Of a stretch of 64,000 bases of DNA, positions 36,128-44,970 are shown piece by piece. Source of the DNA: an uncultured Candidatus Saccharibacteria bacterium (lineage in GTDB: Bacteria; Patescibacteriota; Doudnabacteria; UBA920); NCBI GenBank assembly GCA_964348935.1, contig CAYGEJ010000004.1, positions 4,538 through 68,537 of the forward strand. Direction: 5' to 3'. The stretch's first letter is position 1. The number at the start of each line of letters is the position of its first letter. The notes under the pieces were generated by a model. The model made no database searches and was not told the origin of the DNA. It was given only the letters and a program-made list of their open reading frames with translations. Made by a program: the position numbers and the translations under genes.

Positions 36128-38152
36128 CTAAAGAATTTCTTGTACTATCCCTTGTACAATATCGCCATCATCAGGAACAATTGGAACATGTACAGGATTA
36201 TTACTTTTAGGTAATAAAATCCTTCGACCATCTCGTTTGTCATAATATTTTATAGTAACATTTTCACCACCCAATAAAGCAACAACCCTATCACCTGTTT
36301 GTCCTTTTTCTGAAAATCTACATAATACCAAATCTTGTTCATTTATACCTGCCATATTCATAGAATCGCCAACTGCCCTCACAATAAAATATTTACCGCC
36401 TGGTTTAAGTTTACTTTTTTCCACATTAATATATTCTTCAATATTTTCTTCACTAAGCAAAGGATTACCACATGGTGCTAAACCAACTAATGGTATTTTG
36501 ACCATTTCTTTAATTTTATCTACTAATTTTACTAAATTATGAGCTGGTATTACATGATCTAAATTTTGTTTTTTATGTTCATTAAAAATACTATTAAAAT
36601 AATTTCTAAGATTCAGATCTACAATATATACATATGTACCCATTATACCTCTAGTAAGTAGGGTCTTATAAATATTAATTATATATCTTTCAAGTTCATT
36701 TGGATCTGTAATACCGTTTCGCCCATTAATATCAAAATATTTTTCTTTATTCACCCCAAATTTTTTATTTATAGGATCGAAATAAAATTCAGGCCCTATA
36801 ATAACCCCAACATAATTTAAATCATACCCTTGAACAGTATGTATACAACCAATCTCATTTATAGCATTCGGAGAATTAACCCAATCTCTTGCTGTGGAAT
36901 TCCAAATCATTTTTAAACCTTCTATTTCAATATCGTAATCAACTAAACTTTTCTTGCCCTCCTTTGTATGCCATGGCCATGCATAGCCTGCCACAACTCT
37001 TGAAAGTTTGTGTAGCTGCTCCTTCTCCTTAATTTTATTTACCATATCTTCTGCATTTTCAAAAATTCTAAAATCATAATTTTGAAATATTGTAGTTTTA
37101 GGCTTCACTAAATTAAATATATCTTCTATAGCAGTAATGTATGTATCTCCTGCCTCAACACGCATTTGTATATTTAAGCCGTACTCTTTAGCTTTTAAAT
37201 TTTTAAAATCTTCAGGTCTAATGTCGGCAGGTTTTACTGTTTGATTCTCATCATAAAAAAAGATTTTATGCTTCGCTGATTTAATAACCCAATCAAGTTG
37301 TGTTCCTTCATTTCCGAAACCTAGAAATTGATTTACTTTATCAAAAGCACCAAAACCCATAATGCCTTTTCTACGTTGCAACCTATGTGATTCATCTACA
37401 ATTAAAACGTCGTATTTCTCCTTTACCACATCGTTTGGGCCTATAACCATATTCGCCTTCAAACCTTTAACTTTACTAAAGACTTTTTTTATTGTTGTGC
37501 GTAACGAAGCCATCGGCACAACTAATGCAATAGATAAATCTTTTGTCTCTTCCTGTTCTTTTAAGTATTTAAAAAGGTAAGTTGCAAGAATAGTCTTACC
37601 TGTACCAGGCTTCCCATTTACTATAAAAGTATTTTCATTATTCTTTTTAATATCATTAAAAATTTGTTTTACAACAAAAAACTGATCTTCGTTTAAAGAT
37701 TTATATGGGGAATATTTAAATAAATCACTATTTTTTATTACCTCCAATGGATTTACTACAACCCCCATTTCCATAAGCTTGGACCAAGCAATTTCAAATT
37801 TAGCTCTATACTTAAACCTGTCGTAGTAGTTATGATTCTTTAAGCCACCATTACCATTTTGAATAATATATTTTCCGTCAGCTGATATGTACTGAATAAG
37901 CCAAGACTCAATATCCAAAGCTGCAGAAACATTAAACTCCTCATCTGTAATAATATGAATTTCTTCTAATTTTCTTCTCTCTGGATTTTCATAATGTTGT
38001 TTACTTCTGTAATAGGCATTTACAGTCTGCCCAATATAAACCTCCTGTTTGTTTTCTAATACATAAACTACAGGCCAATTTCTACCAAAATTAAAATTTT
38101 TAATTTTGTCAAAATTGTCTTTATTATATTTAAATGTGACAATATTTGACAT
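36128..38152 (-). CDS. Tripartite fusion protein: N-terminal GIY-YIG nuclease domain, central P-loop DUF2075 (Schlafen-group-3-like helicase) NTPase, C-terminal LexA/UmuD-type S24 serine peptidase domain
   Basis: GIY-YIG: VYVLENKQEVYIGQTVNAYYRSKQH. Walker A GKPGTGKT at aa 180-187. Walker B VLIVDESHR at aa 248-257. S24: Cys561-Gly562 (APCGNP), Ser597 in AVGDSMNMAGI, Lys635 in VTIKYY. The Cys-to-Ser distance is 36 aa, from my recollection identical to the UmuD Cys24-Ser60 spacing. Confidence 0.8.
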   Translation of the reverse strand: MSNIVTFKYNKDNFDKIKNFNFGRNWPVVYVLENKQEVYIGQTVNAYYRSKQHYENPERRKLEEIHIITDEEFNVSAALDIESWLIQYISADGKYIIQNGNGGLKNHNYYDRFKYRAKFEIAWSKLMEMGVVVNPLEVIKNSDLFKYSPYKSLNEDQFFVVKQIFNDIKKNNENTFIVNGKPGTGKTILATYLFKYLKEQEETKDLSIALVVPMASLRTTIKKVFSKVKGLKANMVIGPNDVVKEKYDVLIVDESHRLQRRKGIMGFGAFDKVNQFLGFGNEGTQLDWVIKSAKHKIFFYDENQTVKPADIRPEDFKNLKAKEYGLNIQMRVEAGDTYITAIEDIFNLVKPKTTIFQNYDFRIFENAEDMVNKIKEKEQLHKLSRVVAGYAWPWHTKEGKKSLVDYDIEIEGLKMIWNSTARDWVNSPNAINEIGCIHTVQGYDLNYVGVIIGPEFYFDPINKKFGVNKEKYFDINGRNGITDPNELERYIINIYKTLLTRGIMGTYVYIVDLNLRNYFNSIFNEHKKQNLDHVIPAHNLVKLVDKIKEMVKIPLVGLAPCGNPLLSEENIEEYINVEKSKLKPGGKYFIVRAVGDSMNMAGINEQDLVLCRFSEKGQTGDRVVALLGGENVTIKYYDKRDGRRILLPKSNNPVHVPIVPDDGDIVQGIVQEIL

Positions 38153-38153
38153 T

Positions 38154-38501
38154 TTATAAATTTGTATACTTTGTATACTTACCCTTTGCCTTAACTACTG
38201 GATATTTTCTTTTATTTATTAACATCTTTTTATTAAAGGTCTTTACAATATCTATATTTAAATCCCAACTCATTAACAGCACCCAATATAATACATCTGC
38301 TAATTCTGCAGCAATATCATTTTTATTTTCTTTTACATATTTTTCAAGCTCTGTATTATTTTTCCATTGAAAATGTTCTAAAACTTCAGTTGCCTCCAAA
38401 ACCAAAGACAATGCAGAATCTTTTGGATTATGAAACTGTTTCCAGTTTCTTGCATTTCTGAAATCTAGAATACTTTTCGTTAATTTTTTAATTTCTGACA
38501 T
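38154..38501 (-). CDS. MazG-like nucleoside triphosphate pyrophosphohydrolase (small all-alpha NTP-PPase)
   Basis: RNWKQFHNPKDSALSLVLEATEVLEHFQW and AAELADVLYWVLLMS. The EExxE/D metal-binding helices of the MazG/dCTPase family. Confidence 0.7.
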   Translation of the reverse strand: MSEIKKLTKSILDFRNARNWKQFHNPKDSALSLVLEATEVLEHFQWKNNTELEKYVKENKNDIAAELADVLYWVLLMSWDLNIDIVKTFNKKMLINKRKYPVVKAKGKYTKYTNL

Positions 38502-38505
38502 AAAC

Positions 38506-38700
38506 TTACTTTTTCTTAATGGGTTTCTTTTTCCAGTCGCTAATAATTAGCTTGGTTCCTTTTTTTATTACTACTACCTTCTGCTTTTCTTTCCAACCTA
38601 ATTCTTTTACAAACTCAATAGGAAGGCTAACGACTAGGCTTTTGCCTGCCATTTTCATTAGCTTGCGAATATTGCGGTTTTCTAGGGTTTGGGTGGACAT
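38506..38700 (-). CDS. AbrB/MazE/SpoVT-family swapped-hairpin DNA-binding protein (antitoxin-like regulator)
   Basis: KSLVVSLPIEFVKELGWKEKQKVVV. 64 aa with a basic tail. Ends 4 nt before the MazG-like start. Confidence 0.65.
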   Translation of the reverse strand: MSTQTLENRNIRKLMKMAGKSLVVSLPIEFVKELGWKEKQKVVVIKKGTKLIISDWKKKPIKKK

Positions 38701-38703
38701 AGT

Positions 38704-38799
38704 AGATATAAGATTTAGGATATAAGATGTAAGATTTAAAAACAGGGAACAACGGATTTAGCTTGCCTACCTTCGGTAGGGATGTAAGATATAAGATTT
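38704..38799. repeat. Two clusters of tandem heptad repeats (GATRTAA on +, TTAYATC on -) flanking a UUCG-tetraloop hairpin (CCTACC TTCG GTAGG). Immediately upstream of the AbrB-like gene.
   Basis: 38704-38738 GATATAAGATTTAGGATATAAGATGTAAGATTT. 38781-38799 GATGTAAGATATAAGATTT. Hairpin 38766-38780. Confidence 0.6.
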
Positions 38800-39164
38800 G
38801 GGAACAAATGCGCTGGCAGGCGGGAGATTTGAATTCTATTATATAATGTATTATATAATAGTTTTAACTAAGTAAAAAGTGGTTGAGTTTTGCCTTAATT
38901 TTTAGACAACAAAAAATACTTTTTAACGATAATGGTACCCATAAACGTGAAATAATTAGAAAATAACCTCACCCTGCCCCTGCCTACCGGACAGGCAGGC
39001 TCTCCTCTTCCTACTTCGCCAAGGCTATGATGGACAAGAGGCTATGGCGGATCTTCGAGCAAGGAGAGGAATTTTGCATATAAACAACCTAGACAACAAC
39101 TCCCCTGTTCTGGTAATATTAGTCAGTTCCAAAAATCCAAAAACACTAGCCCCAAGGAGGCAGT

Positions 39165-39671
39165 ATGAGTTATGGTTTAACCGACCTTACCAGCGGTAAA
39201 GAAGTCGATACAAACTTTATTGGATATCAGCCGATGACCGGTATACGCATTGGCGAAGACCAATTCGACTGGGAAAACATGTGCAAGGTATTTTTGCACG
39301 TTTTCGTGAAAGTTTCGATGAATGCAATTCCTCAAATTGTGCAAGAGGTTCTAATGAAGCTGCACAAGGATTACCAACCCATTCAAAGCAGCTTCCAACT
39401 CTCACGCCATGCCCCAGTTTCCCAGGAGCCCGGGCAGTTTTGCAACATCAACAGCGTTGGCCAAAAAGCTTTCTGCGTAACAGTTGACGAAGACTGCCAC
39501 AAAGTGCGCTTTGGTCTCTACATCTTCAGCGTCAACGACTTCTGCTGCTTCGCATACCACATAATTTCCGGCGGGTTTCACGGAATCACGCCAACCCCGC
39601 AAGCGGTGAACAAACTCCTCAACAGCCTGTTCGCCAACTTCCACCCCATGTGGATTCGTCCGCGAATGTAA
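39165..39671 (+). CDS. Hypothetical protein (168 aa) in a GC-rich islet, Cys-rich
   Basis: Strong RBS AAGGAGG 6 nt upstream. Downstream hairpin + T-tract. About 50% GC versus AT-rich flanks. No motif recognised. Competing minus-strand ORFs lack RBS. Confidence 0.4.
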   Translation: MSYGLTDLTSGKEVDTNFIGYQPMTGIRIGEDQFDWENMCKVFLHVFVKVSMNAIPQIVQEVLMKLHKDYQPIQSSFQLSRHAPVSQEPGQFCNINSVGQKAFCVTVDEDCHKVRFGLYIFSVNDFCCFAYHIISGGFHGITPTPQAVNKLLNSLFANFHPMWIRPRM

Positions 39672-39731
39672 CTCACACCCCCACTACCTTCACACCCGCG
39701 CAAAGATTAATTTCGATGCCGGGTGTATTTT

Positions 39732-40853
39732 TTATCTAATAGATTCATAACCACCAACAACACCATTTTTAGTTAGAACTATTTGCCACAACTGAGTTGC
39801 TCTTGCTCTAAAAAGACCAGCACAGGAAAGTAAATAATATTTCCACATTCTATAAAACTTTTCATCGTAATCATTTTTTATTTCCGGCCAAGATTCTTCG
39901 AACTTTGAAAACCAAGCTAACAATGTTTTGTCATAATCTGCGCCAAAATTATGCCAATCTTCAATTATAAATATATTATCTATTGCTTCACAAATTTGTT
40001 TCGCCCCTGGCAATTGTCCATTTGGAAATATATATTTGTCTAGCCAAGGGTCTGATGAATCTATAATTTTTGAACTTTTGGCTCCAATGGTGTGCAATAA
40101 AAATATTCCGTCATCTGTTAGGTTTTTACTTACAACCTTCATATACTCTCTATAATTCTTATTCCCTACTGCTTCCAACATTCCAATAGAAACAATTCTG
40201 TCATAGGTTCCATTTAATTCTCTATAATCTTGAAAAATAAATTCAATGGGCAATCCTTGGCATATTTTTTTTCCTAATTCAATTTGTGATGGTGAAATAG
40301 TAATACCCACACAACTCACACCATAATTTTCTACTGCGTACTTCATAAAACTTCCCCACCCACATCCTATATCTAAAATTCGCATACCCTTCTGCAAACC
40401 TATTTTTTTACAAATAAGTTCAAATTTTGCAATTTGGGCATCGTCTATATTCTTTGCTGTTTTCCAGTAACCACATGTATACCCCATAGTGGCACCGAGC
40501 ATTTTAGAATAGAGCTTATTGCCAATATCATAATGTTTTAAATCAAAAACTTCTTTTTGTGTTTGTAAATTAAATAGTTTGTTTTTTACAAAGTGAAGTA
40601 TTAACGGTAAATTATATTTCACTTTAGTATTTAAATCGGCGCGCATCATTTTAAAAAAAAGTTGATCCAAAGCTTTACATTCCCATAACCCTTCCACATA
40701 TGTTTCCCCAAGACCCAAACTACCCTGACTTAAAACTCTTCCATAAACAGAATCGCAAAGAATTTGTATATCCCAATCTCTTTTACCATTTATCTCTATA
40801 TCCGCTTGTAATAATAATTCAGATACTATTTGTTTTTCTTTTGAATATTTCAT
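39732..40853 (-). CDS. cfa: Cyclopropane-fatty-acyl-phospholipid synthase family SAM-dependent methyltransferase
   Basis: ILDIGCGWGSFMKYAVENYGVSCVGITIS SAM motif and CFA-synthase N- and C-terminal architecture. 373 aa. Confidence 0.8.
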   Translation of the reverse strand: MKYSKEKQIVSELLLQADIEINGKRDWDIQILCDSVYGRVLSQGSLGLGETYVEGLWECKALDQLFFKMMRADLNTKVKYNLPLILHFVKNKLFNLQTQKEVFDLKHYDIGNKLYSKMLGATMGYTCGYWKTAKNIDDAQIAKFELICKKIGLQKGMRILDIGCGWGSFMKYAVENYGVSCVGITISPSQIELGKKICQGLPIEFIFQDYRELNGTYDRIVSIGMLEAVGNKNYREYMKVVSKNLTDDGIFLLHTIGAKSSKIIDSSDPWLDKYIFPNGQLPGAKQICEAIDNIFIIEDWHNFGADYDKTLLAWFSKFEESWPEIKNDYDEKFYRMWKYYLLSCAGLFRARATQLWQIVLTKNGVVGGYESIR

Positions 40854-41595
40854 AATAACTATAGAATAGCAAAAAACAATAAACCCAGCTACCGTCCTAC
40901 TGTTAGGAGTGGAAGGGGTTTACCCAGCCCCAATTATTATACTTAATTATCATCCAATTTTTATCAAGACTTACAATAAACCCAGCTCACACTTTGATTC
41001 AAGTAATTGGAGCTGGGTTTATTTCAGGCTTGCTTTTCCCATATGCGATTTTCTTTTTTATCTACTTAAGTAGATGCTAAGGCTTAGCCGCCTTTGGGCT
41101 TTTCGCGAACTTTAGAAAAGCAACCTGGCTAGACACTGTAACCTGTTAATCATCTATGCTCTTTCCTTTCTACTTAAATGTTACGCCTGTTCAAAAACCT
41201 CTGCAAGTATATAGAGGTGGATAACTAAAGAAAACCAGAGAATTAAAATTAATAATCTTTTTTATGCCTTAACTATAAGAAATTATTTCGCCTATAGTTA
41301 AGGTGTAAATCTGAGTTTTCCACTTTTAGCCAAAAAATCCGTCCCAATTTCTCAGAACGGAATTTTATCTCTAGCAACTAATCACTCACCATTATCTATT
41401 TTCCTGATTTAATCGCACTATCTATAAGAGATTTAACTTTTAATAAATCTAATATGAACCCATTTTTTTATATAGTTCAAACGCTTCCTCTAAAGCTCTT
41501 AAAGAAATTCTACTAAGAGTTTGAAAAGCCTTAGCAGCCGCTTCTATTTCCTCTAAATTTTTTCCCTAATCTCACTATTACGCATAAATTTATCC

Positions 41596-41643
41596 GTTTT
41601 ATTTATACTTACAAACTTACAAGCTTATTTACTTACCAGCTTA
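41596..41643. repeat. 8-bp periodic CTTAC/GTAAG repeat array directly 3' of the rpoD stop (REP-like spacer)
   Basis: CTTACAAA CTTACAAG CTTATTTA CTTACCAG CTTACTAG. Shares the 13-mer CTTACCAGCTTACT with 56452-56464. Confidence 0.55.
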
Positions 41644-42930
41644 CTAGTAGTCTCTAAGTTTATTTATATCCACATGGTCGCGCATGCGCTCTAGGGCTTT
41701 GCTTTCAATTTGGCGAATACGTTCACGAGTAACTCCAAACTCTTCCCCTACTTCTTCCAAAGTGTGAGTTACCCCGTCTTCAAGTCCAAAACGCATTTTA
41801 AGAATTTTTTGTTCTCTTGGGTCTAAGTCCTTTAAAATATTTCCAACATACTCTTTAAGAATTTGTCTGCCGGCTACTTCGTTTGGTTTAGTGGTTTCTT
41901 CGTCAACAATAAAGTCACCAAGGCTGGAATCTTCACCGTCGTCTTCACCTACAGGAGAGTCTATAGAAACTGTTTCTTGAGAAATTTTCTTTAAATGATA
42001 AACTTTTTCTACTTCAATACCCATTTCTGCAGCAATTTCTTCTGGAAGTGGTTCACGTCCCAAGTCTTGCACTAAAGAACGTTCTGCTTGAGCATACTTG
42101 TTCAAAGTTTCCACCATATGCACAGGAATACGAATAGTACGGCTTTGGTCAGCAAGCGCGCGGGTTATAGCCTGGCGAATCCACCAGGTGGCATATGTTG
42201 AAAATTTATAACCTTTTCTCCAATCAAACTTTTCTACCGCTCTAAACAACCCAATATTACCTTCCTGGATTAAGTCCAACAGCCCCAAGTTTCTACCCAT
42301 ATACTTTTTGGCAATACTAACCACCAAACGCAAGTTAGCTTCGGTTAGCTTTTTACGAGCAGCAACATCCCCTTTATCTATTCGCTTTGCCAGTTCAATT
42401 TCTTCCGGTCCCTTCAACAATGAAACTTTACCAATTTCACGCAAATACATTTGAATAGAGTCGTCATAAATGTCACCCAAATCAAAAGCATCTATGGTAT
42501 CTTCTTTCTTTTGCTTTTTGGCCTTAGCACCTTTGGCTGGTTTTTCATCTACCGGAGTTTCTTCCGCTTTATTCTGTTCCCAAACACTTGCCACTTCTTG
42601 GTCAACAATTTCAATTCCGCGTTTTTCCAATAAATTCATTACAGCTTCAAGTCCGTCTATGTCGTCTTCAAAATTTGGCAAAGCATGTAAAATTTCCGCT
42701 TCAGTTACAAAACTGCGCTCAGCTGCTTTTTCCATTAACTTTGCCATTAACTTCTCCGCATCTGGAGAAATTCCTGGAAAAGCCAAAACACCCTGTGTTG
42801 GTTTTTTCACAGAAACTTTCGCCTTGGCTTTTACCTTAGGTTTAAAGGCTTTCTTTACTGTTTTTTTCAGGCCTTTTTTTGGTTTGGTAAATTTCTTTTT
42901 TGGAGTAGTTTTCTTGAGTTTTTTTACCAT
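41644..42930 (-). CDS. rpoD: RNA polymerase primary sigma factor (sigma-70) with a Lys-rich N-terminal extension
   Basis: Regions 2-4 conserved ([40 protein letters not shown], region 4.2 [27 protein letters not shown]). Confidence 0.9.
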   Translation of the reverse strand: MVKKLKKTTPKKKFTKPKKGLKKTVKKAFKPKVKAKAKVSVKKPTQGVLAFPGISPDAEKLMAKLMEKAAERSFVTEAEILHALPNFEDDIDGLEAVMNLLEKRGIEIVDQEVASVWEQNKAEETPVDEKPAKGAKAKKQKKEDTIDAFDLGDIYDDSIQMYLREIGKVSLLKGPEEIELAKRIDKGDVAARKKLTEANLRLVVSIAKKYMGRNLGLLDLIQEGNIGLFRAVEKFDWRKGYKFSTYATWWIRQAITRALADQSRTIRIPVHMVETLNKYAQAERSLVQDLGREPLPEEIAAEMGIEVEKVYHLKKISQETVSIDSPVGEDDGEDSSLGDFIVDEETTKPNEVAGRQILKEYVGNILKDLDPREQKILKMRFGLEDGVTHTLEEVGEEFGVTRERIRQIESKALERMRDHVDINKLRDY

Positions 42931-42940
42931 ATATAAAATA

Positions 42941-44707
42941 TTAAATACTCTTTTCCAGACTCATTCTTAAAGAAATAATGGAGGCAAATTTTTTGTTTAA
43001 CTCACTTAGCTTTTCCTTGTCGCCTGTGGTTTCAGCCTGCTTAATTGCGGACTGAAGTAACTTTTGTTGAGTTTTAAGCGAATGGAGCTTGAGTAAAATA
43101 AAAGATTTGTCTAAACTTTTCTTAAGTTTTTGCCTGTCGCCATTTAAGTCTTCCAACTGTGATTCTACCATAAAAACGGCTTCTTTGGCTAATGTGCTAT
43201 TTTTTAAAATTGCTCCATTATTGGAATTATTAAGCCATACTTCCACCAATTCAGCAATAGCAGGCTCTTCATAATCACTGGTTTCAACCTGCATTCTTAC
43301 GGACTCGGCAAACTCTTCCAAGCACAACAAGCCACCCAAGACTTCTTTTTGGAGCAACAGACTACCGGAATTAGGGTTAGTTGCCGCTGGCTTACTTACT
43401 GGCTTACCCGCTGATTGGCTGATTGGCTGACCAGCTTTCTTTATTTGGTCTCGAATAACTTTGTCGGAAATTTCAAACTTGCTCACCATTTTGTTTATAT
43501 AATGGTCTTGCTCTAGAGGATCTTGAATAAAATGCAAAAACGGCAAAACCTCTTTGCTTAAATACAATTTCTGCTCGACCGAGCCTCCCGGAAAATCGAC
43601 TTCAGTTTTATTTATATAATAATCTAAAAACCACACGGCTTCGCTAACGGCTTTTTCCCAAAGTCCGGGACTTTTTTTTATAAGCTCGTCTGGATCTTTT
43701 ACTGCTTTTAAAATAATTAATTTTAATTTAAAATTATTTTTTAAAGCTAACTCTCCGCTTCTGCGGGTGGCGGTTTGCCCGGCCACATCTGCGTCGAAAC
43801 AAAATTTTAAATTTTTGGTTAACCTGGCAAGTTGCGCAAATCCATATTCGTTTAAAGCTGTACCGCTGACCGCAATAGTGTTGGCAAATCCGGCCTGGTG
43901 AGCTGAAATACAGTCCATTTGTCCTTCTACTAACACAGCTTCGTCTTTTTTTCGAATAGTGTCTTTTGCAAAATTTAAACCAAATAATATTTTACTTTTA
44001 TTGTAAATAATTGTTTCTGGGCTGTTTACATACTTGGCAGACTTTCCGTCATCATTCAATATACGCGCAGAAAAACCAACTGTCTCACCAAAATAATTAT
44101 AAATAGGAAAAGTTATACGGCCACGGAAACGGTCGTACATTTGTCCGCGTTCGTTTCTACTACTCACCCCAGCCTTAACCATTTGTTCCGGCTTTATACC
44201 TTTTTGCATTAAGGCTCGCTCAAGTGCGTGAAAATCTTCTGGAGCAAAACCTATTTGCCATTTTACAATGGTTTGCTCACTAAGCCCCCGGTTTTTTAAA
44301 TACTCTAAAGCAACTGCTCCAGTTTTACTCATTAGTACTTGATGGTAGTAGCGAGATGCAAAGTTATTAATTTTGTATAAAATTTCTTTCTCGTCTTCTT
44401 CTACTTTGTTTGTGGGTGAATAGGAAGGGAGTTGTACGCCAGCTTTGTCTGCCAAAATTTTTAAAGTATCTTTAAAATCTAAATTCTCATATTTCATTAC
44501 AAAGCCAAACACGTCCCCGCCTTCCCCACAACCAAAACAGTGCCAAATTTGTTTTTGAGGGCTAATCATTAAACTTGGACTTTTTTCGTTATGAAAAGGA
44601 CAAGGCGCCTTATAATTTGCGCCAGATTTTTTAACTTGGATATAACCGGAAAGGACGTCAGCTATATTCAATCTATCCTTAATTTCTTGTAGTACGTTGT
44701 CTTGCAT
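42941..44707 (-). CDS. dnaG: DNA primase
   Basis: CHC2 zinc finger [32 protein letters not shown] domain ([14 protein letters not shown]...FDADVAGQ). Confidence 0.9.
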   Translation of the reverse strand: MQDNVLQEIKDRLNIADVLSGYIQVKKSGANYKAPCPFHNEKSPSLMISPQKQIWHCFGCGEGGDVFGFVMKYENLDFKDTLKILADKAGVQLPSYSPTNKVEEDEKEILYKINNFASRYYHQVLMSKTGAVALEYLKNRGLSEQTIVKWQIGFAPEDFHALERALMQKGIKPEQMVKAGVSSRNERGQMYDRFRGRITFPIYNYFGETVGFSARILNDDGKSAKYVNSPETIIYNKSKILFGLNFAKDTIRKKDEAVLVEGQMDCISAHQAGFANTIAVSGTALNEYGFAQLARLTKNLKFCFDADVAGQTATRRSGELALKNNFKLKLIILKAVKDPDELIKKSPGLWEKAVSEAVWFLDYYINKTEVDFPGGSVEQKLYLSKEVLPFLHFIQDPLEQDHYINKMVSKFEISDKVIRDQIKKAGQPISQSAGKPVSKPAATNPNSGSLLLQKEVLGGLLCLEEFAESVRMQVETSDYEEPAIAELVEVWLNNSNNGAILKNSTLAKEAVFMVESQLEDLNGDRQKLKKSLDKSFILLKLHSLKTQQKLLQSAIKQAETTGDKEKLSELNKKFASIISLRMSLEKSI

Positions 44708-44824
44708 ATGTATATTTTAGCGGTAATAGCTTAGAACGGCAACCTCGACAAATTAGCAATATAATGTTAAAATTATTGAAGTTTACATGGCTCTCTGAAA
44801 CTTCAGAAGCCTGAAAAGTTCATG

Positions 44825-44913
44825 GAGAGGTCGCATAGTGGTCGAGTGCACGCGCTTGGAAAGCGCGCAGACCTTCACCGGTCTCGGGGGTTCGAATCCC
44901 CCTCTCTCCGCCA
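44825..44913 (+). tRNA. tRNA-Ser (anticodon GGA), class II long variable arm, CCA encoded
   Basis: Acceptor GGAGAGG/CCTCTCC. Anticodon stem CGCGC/GCGCG with loop TTGGAAA. Long variable arm. T-arm GGGGGTTCGAATCCCCC. Discriminator G + CCA. Confidence 0.85.
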
Positions 44914-44945
44914 AAAAATACCAACTTATTAGTTGGTATTTTTTG
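44914..44945 (+). terminator. Intrinsic terminator after tRNA-Ser (AATACCAACT TATT AGTTGGTATT + TTTTGT)
   Basis: 10-bp inverted repeat + T-tract. Confidence 0.65.
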
Positions 44946-44970
44946 TTACAAAATTATTGTTGTACTGAGA

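Noticed and set aside
38704-38830. Possible CRISPR array suggested by the tandem repeats next to a defense operon
   Set aside because: The repeat unit is only 7 nt (TTAYATC), with no spacers of 25-40 nt and no repeats of 24-48 nt. This is not CRISPR architecture.
39217-39644. Minus-strand ORFs 39402..39644 and 39217..39405 antisense to the 168-aa gene
   Set aside because: Long antisense ORFs are expected in GC-rich DNA. Only the plus ORF has a strong RBS and a downstream terminator.
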